Positions 59,309 through 64,000 of a stretch of 64,000 nucleotides of DNA are shown here, in pieces (within the stretch, counting starts at the first letter, position 1; each line of letters begins with the position of its first letter). The stretch covers positions 352,001 to 416,000 of the forward strand of contig JBEKKK010000001.1 of the NCBI GenBank assembly GCA_050010755.1, given 5' to 3'. The position numbers and the translations under genes are program-made. Source of the stretch: Candidatus Bathyarchaeia archaeon. GTDB taxonomy: Archaea; Thermoproteota; Bathyarchaeia; Bathyarchaeales; Bathycorpusculaceae. The notes below the pieces were generated by a model, which saw nothing but the letters and a program-made list of their open reading frames with translations, made no database searches and was not told the DNA's origin.

Positions 59309-60222
59309 TCTCTCAGGTTCCTCCCCGTCAGTTTGAGGAAGACATCCTCCAGGTTGGCGCCGCGAACCGTGGCGCTCTTCGTGGGGAAACTTTCAAGAAA
59401 GCTCGCAAAAACTCCGTGGGGTTGGCTGGTGAACACATGAATTCTTTCGCCCACGACTTCGAGTCTCGCATCGGGGAACTTTTCTTTAAGCATACTCATC
59501 ACCTTTTCGTCGTAGTCGAGTTCCAAAACTTCTTCTCCGGCGTGTTTCTTGATGAGATCTAAGGGTGTGCCTTCTTCGATGATTTTGCCGCCGTCCATGA
59601 TTAGGGTTCGGTCGCAGAGTTCAGCGGCTTCTTCCATGTAATGTGTGGTTAAGATTATGGTGACGCCTTGTTTCTTCAGGCTTCTGACCTTGTCCCATAT
59701 CAAATGTCTCGCCTGCGGATCTAGACCCGTGGTGGGCTCGTCCAAGAGGAGGACCTGCGGCTCGTTAATCAACGCCCTCGCCAGTATCAGCCGCCTTTTC
59801 ATCCCCGTTGACAGTTGGTCGATGACCACGTTTCGTTTTTCTTCCAGCTGAGAAAACTTTAGCAGGTTCTCGGCGCGGTTCTTAGCCTCAGGCTCTGGAA
59901 TGTCGAAGTATCTAGCGTACACGAGCAGGTTCGTCATTACGGTGAAGTCGGGGTCGAGGTTCTCTTCCTGAGGGGCGACGCCTATCATTTTCTTAATCTC
60001 CCGGGGGCTTTCGGAAACACTCATTCCAGCCACGGTCAAACGGCCTGAAGTCAGGGGCAGGACACAGTGGATCATCTTGATCGTCGTCGTTTTGCCAGCT
60101 CCGTTGGGGCCGAGGAAACCGCAACACTCGCCCTTGAAAACCTCAAAGTCTATGCCGTCCACTGCCAACAGATCATCGTACTTTTTGGTCAGGTTCTCTG
60201 CTCGGATGAGGGTTTCAGGCAT
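59305..60222 (-). CDS. ABC exporter ATP-binding protein (NodI-like)
   Basis: GPNGAGKTT, LSTGMKRRL, LLDEPTTGLDPQAR, TTHYMEEA. Confidence 0.92.
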   Translation of the reverse strand: MPETLIRAENLTKKYDDLLAVDGIDFEVFKGECCGFLGPNGAGKTTTIKMIHCVLPLTSGRLTVAGMSVSESPREIKKMIGVAPQEENLDPDFTVMTNLLVYARYFDIPEPEAKNRAENLLKFSQLEEKRNVVIDQLSTGMKRRLILARALINEPQVLLLDEPTTGLDPQARHLIWDKVRSLKKQGVTIILTTHYMEEAAELCDRTLIMDGGKIIEEGTPLDLIKKHAGEEVLELDYDEKVMSMLKEKFPDARLEVVGERIHVFTSQPHGVFASFLESFPTKSATVRGANLEDVFLKLTGRNLRE

Positions 60223-60396
60223 CAGTCTCAGTCCAACCCATAGAGTATAGCATAGTTTCTTAAGAAAATTCCTTTTTCTGCCGCGCGTGTTTCTGAAAAT
60301 CCAAAGTCATATATTTCAAGAATGAGAACAAAAGAGTGTAGACAAGTTTCGTCAAGGCTAAAGATGCTAGGGCTAGACCTAGGCAGGGGCGAGATA

Positions 60397-60651
60397 ATGG
60401 TGGATCTGACTGAAGTTACTGTGATAGTTCTAATTTCTAACATGGCAGTTAACTGTGTGCTGGCTGTTCTGTATTATTACAGGGTTAGGATAGAGAAGAA
60501 ACAGGTGGATGTAATGGTCAAGAATGCGGAGGCTAAAGCCTGTCTGGAAGTTATGAAGAGGCACATCCACACTGAAAGAAAAGACATTGAAAACATGAGC
60601 AAAGAAGAGCTGAAAGAGTTTCTAGATTATCTTGAACACGTAGGAGAATAG
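60397..60651 (+). CDS. Small single-TM hypothetical protein
   Basis: N-terminal hydrophobic helix plus a charged tail. Confidence 0.5.
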   Translation: MVDLTEVTVIVLISNMAVNCVLAVLYYYRVRIEKKQVDVMVKNAEAKACLEVMKRHIHTERKDIENMSKEELKEFLDYLEHVGE

Positions 60652-60954
60652 CGACGGCCTAGCAGCTGGAACAGACTTAGGGACGAATGCGAGCCTGTGG
60701 AGTGAGTTTTGATGCTGTTTTGAGTGAGTTTTGAGTCTGAAAGGAGTCTAACGCAGGCTTTCTCCGAAAAACGAAGTCTCCTCTGAGCTCGATTGTGAAA
60801 AACTTTTTTCTCACCGAGGCTTCGCCTTCATTTTCAAACGTCACCCTGAGTTTGGTGCGATCTAGCCCTGTTTTCGTGGTATTTGAGCTGAATCGACGCC
60901 CATGATAAGTTATATTAACAACTTGGTTTCAAATATGGTCGCAAGGTGAAAAAA

Positions 60955-61350
60955 ATGGCAGACAAACCGACAGCAGCATTCATACTATCTCTAATCGGCG
61001 GCATCTTCATTATCATCGGAGGCTTGGTGACCATTGCGCTAGGATCCTTCATTGGAGGCTTAGGCTTTGGAACCGGAGGCGCTGTCGTCGCCGGGATCGG
61101 CGCGATTGGACTGATTTGCGGATTACTGACCATTCTTGGCGCAGTTTGGATCAACAGCGGAGAACAAGGCAAAGTGAGGAACGGCTCTATACTGGTGCTG
61201 ATATTCTCGATACTCAGCCTAATCTTCGCTGCAACCGGAGGTTTCGTCATAGGGTTTTTGTTAGGCCTGATAGGTGCCATACTGGGGCTGACTTGGAAAC
61301 CGTCAATGACGGAAACAACTGCAGCGCCGCCGCCACCGGTACCGCCATAA
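60955..61350 (+). CDS. Small Gly-rich membrane protein with a Pro-rich tail
   Basis: PTAAFILSLIGGI; four hydrophobic segments; GGFVIGFLLGLIGAIL. Confidence 0.7.
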   Translation: MADKPTAAFILSLIGGIFIIIGGLVTIALGSFIGGLGFGTGGAVVAGIGAIGLICGLLTILGAVWINSGEQGKVRNGSILVLIFSILSLIFAATGGFVIGFLLGLIGAILGLTWKPSMTETTAAPPPPVPP

Positions 61351-61471
61351 CATCCCCTTTTTGTTTTTTTGATTGTTAATGGAAAACGATCACGTTGTTA
61401 TGTCGGTTCCGAACCTAATAGGAACAGATGCGGTTTAGAGAAGAGGTTACGATAAGTTGTCAGGGCGGATG

Positions 61472-61621
61472 CTATCTGGATTTGTTCAAGTATTCATAGA
61501 GTTGACGTGTGTAGTTGTTGATTGAATCCAGTCTTTTTATCACATCAGTCATCTGAACTTCTAATCGAACTACTCTTTCTCGCAATTCCGATAAATCTTT
61601 TGCAGTTGTTTGATCTGACAC
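61472..61621 (-). CDS. 49-aa coiled-coil microprotein (below ORF-track cutoff)
   Basis: Manual translation MSDQTTAKDLSELRERVVRLEVQMTDVIKRLDSINNYTRQLYEYLNKSR; TTTTTAAG promoter-like element about 50 nt upstream. Confidence 0.55.
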   Translation of the reverse strand: MSDQTTAKDLSELRERVVRLEVQMTDVIKRLDSINNYTRQLYEYLNKSR

Positions 61622-61955
61622 GTTTTTCACGGCCTTTTGAGCTTTCACAAGAGGTTACCAGCTAGAAGACTTAAAAAGTTTTAGCATCAGGGTTGCGTGC
61701 TTGTCTGTATTTAAATTTTGGCGCGTGCGTTATCGGTCCGCTTAAGGATTACGAGCCTGTTTGTAGAGATTTGGTTTCTAATGGTGACGAATATCTTCGT
61801 GCTCGGGATGGGTTTTGCCTTCAAGTGCTCAAGTTTCTTAGCGCACGAACGAGTCCAGACGGCCCTTGATGATTATCCTCTTATCGCCTCTCATCATTGG
61901 CAGTCACAAACTTTTTTATATTCGCGTAGCGCCCAAGCAGGTAGGGGTTGTCGTT

Positions 61956-62390
61956 GTGAGCGTGAAAGAGCATTTGGAGTTGATGCAGACTCTGGACGAT
62001 GCTTGGAACGGTCAGGATTGGGAGACTTTTAAGAAGCGCCATGCTCAGAACGTGGCGGTGTACTGGCCAGGTCAGCCTGAGCCGACACGGGGAAGAGAGG
62101 CGCACTTCAGAGAATCGGTGGAATTCTTCAAAACTTTCGACAATCGGCTGATGAATAACCCGTACAAGATCCTGTTTGGCCAGGGTGACTACACTTGTTC
62201 AGTTGCTGATTGGAGTGCGACTATGATAGGGCCTATGAAGATGGCGAACGGCTCAGTCATTCAGCCGACTCATAAGACGGCAAGGCTTGAATTCTGCACT
62301 GTCGCCACTTGGAAAGACAAGGAAATCATGGAAGAAAGACTGTTCTATGATGTTACAAGCATGATGAAACAGCTGGGCCTGTCGCCCTGA
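61956..62390 (+). CDS. SnoaL-like / ester cyclase (NTF2 fold)
   Basis: LDDAWN.QDW, WPGQPEPTRG, NPYKILFGQGD, EFCTVA.W, EERLFYD. Confidence 0.8.
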   Translation: MSVKEHLELMQTLDDAWNGQDWETFKKRHAQNVAVYWPGQPEPTRGREAHFRESVEFFKTFDNRLMNNPYKILFGQGDYTCSVADWSATMIGPMKMANGSVIQPTHKTARLEFCTVATWKDKEIMEERLFYDVTSMMKQLGLSP

Positions 62391-62448
62391 CAAATCAAGC
62401 CGAGACAACAAAGTACTGAAGCATGAGTAACGATGGAGGGAATGGCAC

Positions 62449-62787
62449 ATGAGTAAAGCCGTAAGAAGCCGTATCAAAAATGCTGGAAAAGGCAATATTA
62501 ACGACGAAATAGTCGAGAAGGACAAGGCCTTCGTGCTATTCTACGCGACCTGGTGTCCTTTTTCTCAGCGGTTCTTGCCAGTCTTTGAGGAGTATGCAAG
62601 GGACAATCCGGAGGAGTGTATAAGCGTCGTTGTAGACGATCGACCGGATGTTTGCGAGGAATACTCGATTGAATACTATCCCACGGTGATTCTTTTCAAG
62701 AAAGGAAAAGTGTCCGGGCGACTGGACGCAAAGCCAGGAGTTGGATTAGACAGAAATCAACTTAAGGCACTTACCCAGAAATCGTAG
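62449..62787 (+). CDS. Thioredoxin-family protein (CPFS)
   Basis: FYATWCPFS, Y.IEYYPTVILFKKG. Confidence 0.8.
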   Translation: MSKAVRSRIKNAGKGNINDEIVEKDKAFVLFYATWCPFSQRFLPVFEEYARDNPEECISVVVDDRPDVCEEYSIEYYPTVILFKKGKVSGRLDAKPGVGLDRNQLKALTQKS

Positions 62788-62944
62788 AGACAATTTCCCT
62801 CGCATATTTCTGAAAGTGCACCTTGTTTCGTCGCTTCAAGGATTCTTCGCTTTCGCTCGCGCCTTTTCGGCGCGCTTTCTTTCGTGAGAAAGGGTAAAAT
62901 TATAAATCGGTAACAATCCATTTGCGTGTGATGGAAGGAATTGC

Positions 62945-63310
62945 ATGGAGAATCTTGTTAGGAAATGGAACGGGACTCCTTATCCTGAGATGATACGGAG
63001 CCTTCCAGAAGTCGATATCCAGTTGAAGGGTATAAAGGGTTGGGTTTTTCAGGCGAAGGACAAACAGGTTGTGTTTTTCGACATACAACCCAGTTGCAAG
63101 GTTCCTCCTCACTCGCATTGTGAGCAGTGGGGTTTTGTTGTGGAAGGCGAAATGCGTATGGTGATAGGTGGCGAGTCGAGGGTTTACCGAAAAGGCGATT
63201 GGTACTTTATCCCGAAGGGAGTTGTGCATTCGGCCACTTTTCTGACCCGGGTGAACGCAATCGACATCTTTAACGACCCCAAACGATATAGAATAAAAAG
63301 TGCACGGTAA
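62945..63310 (+). CDS. Cupin-domain protein
   Basis: PPHSHCEQWGFVVEG, GDWYFIPKGVVH. Confidence 0.85.
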   Translation: MENLVRKWNGTPYPEMIRSLPEVDIQLKGIKGWVFQAKDKQVVFFDIQPSCKVPPHSHCEQWGFVVEGEMRMVIGGESRVYRKGDWYFIPKGVVHSATFLTRVNAIDIFNDPKRYRIKSAR

Positions 63311-63507
63311 CCCTTCAGGTTGCAAGGGAAGCGCGCGTGCCCAAGTTTCCTGAACCTCTTGTGTTTGCAATGTTCATGTTAGCGATGCTGCCAGCATTGC
63401 GATCCTCAAGAAAAAAACCCAAGGTTACACGGCTATAGCATAGTGCTTTCCTTTCTAATGAAAAGTTTTTTTAGAGTTGCACCACAATCTAATGTGGAGT
63501 AATTTGC

Positions 63508-64000
63508 GTGCAGTCTGTCTTTAGATCACGCGGTTTGATGAGGATAATATCGTTTGCCCAGATTGTTCTTGCGTTGGTGGGTTTGGCGTTGTTGTTTGAG
63601 ACTCCGTGGGCCTATTATCGGGTTTATGGGCAAATCGGTTATTACTATGGTTATCGTTATTATAGCGTTTGGTATAATGCGCCGAATAATGCATCGATGG
63701 GATCGCTTACTGCTGGCTTCACAGTTCTGTTTATTTTCATTGCGCTTTTTGGTCTCGGATGGGGTTGGTTGTCTTCAAATCGGACTGCACCGAAATATGC
63801 CAAGTTGACGATGGTCTTTGGGATTCTTGCTATCGTGCTCTCTGCAGTTACAGCAGCTGTCATAAGTGCGCAAGAAGCATCCGTATATCCGGATGCCGCG
63901 GCCGCTGGCAATGTGTCTTGGTCGCTGAGCACGGCACTTACCGGTTTTCTGGTTGGGGGCTTCCTTTTCTTGGTGATTGGCTTTATCGGAACCCGCATGA
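63508..64000 (+). CDS. Membrane protein, truncated by the window end (not in ORF track)
   Basis: Open frame from GTG at 63508: ...RIISFAQIVLALVGLALLFETPWAYY...; four hydrophobic segments and no stop before 64000. Confidence 0.6.
   Translation, partial: MQSVFRSRGLMRIISFAQIVLALVGLALLFETPWAYYRVYGQIGYYYGYRYYSVWYNAPNNASMGSLTAGFTVLFIFIALFGLGWGWLSSNRTAPKYAKLTMVFGILAIVLSAVTAAVISAQEASVYPDAAAAGNVSWSLSTALTGFLVGGFLFLVIGFIGTRM

Noticed and set aside
63660-63998. 112-aa minus-strand ORF
   Set aside because: The plus-strand frame from 63508 encodes a more plausible multi-TM protein
1-64000. Genome-wide TAG recoding, suggested by the amber codon in bcp
   Set aside because: Many conserved genes (amrS, rpl40e, albA, purF, both DHS genes) end at TAG at or near the expected C-terminus
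1-64000. CRISPR array, rRNA, transposase, integrase or defence genes
   Set aside because: No regularly spaced repeats or recognisable motifs were seen

Overview
Archaeal chromosomal window, most likely Bathyarchaeia/TACK (inferred from rpl24e-rps28e-rpl7ae, gar1-tfb, rpl40e, alba, an intron-containing tRNA and general protein style; not database-verified). Positions 1-20 kb are core housekeeping genes: radical SAM enzymes, PAC2, tRNA-iMet, ribosomal proteins, TFB, sucCD, Alba, aspS and purF-purD. Positions ~24-28 kb are a decaying redox island with two Rieske ferredoxins, a frameshifted flavin reductase and a BCP peroxiredoxin interrupted by an in-frame TAG. Positions ~28-37.7 kb hold a catabolic cluster: carbamate kinase, two YgeW-like carbamoyltransferases, two fold-type II PLP enzymes, DUF1611 and a cyclic amidohydrolase. 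It resembles, but differs from, the bacterial anaerobic purine/ureide degradation locus. The rest contains peptidases, an lpd-like reductase, mdh, a convergent pair of deoxyhypusine synthases, a surface beta-propeller, argS, an HDAC-family enzyme and an ABC-2 exporter. No CRISPR array, rRNA, transposase or integrase was seen. The most unusual non-coding signals are a GCGCGCG/CGCGCGC motif recurring in intergenic spacers and several candidate structured RNAs, including a ~130-nt leader in front of tRNA-iMet. All calls come from reading motifs by eye; no searches were run.
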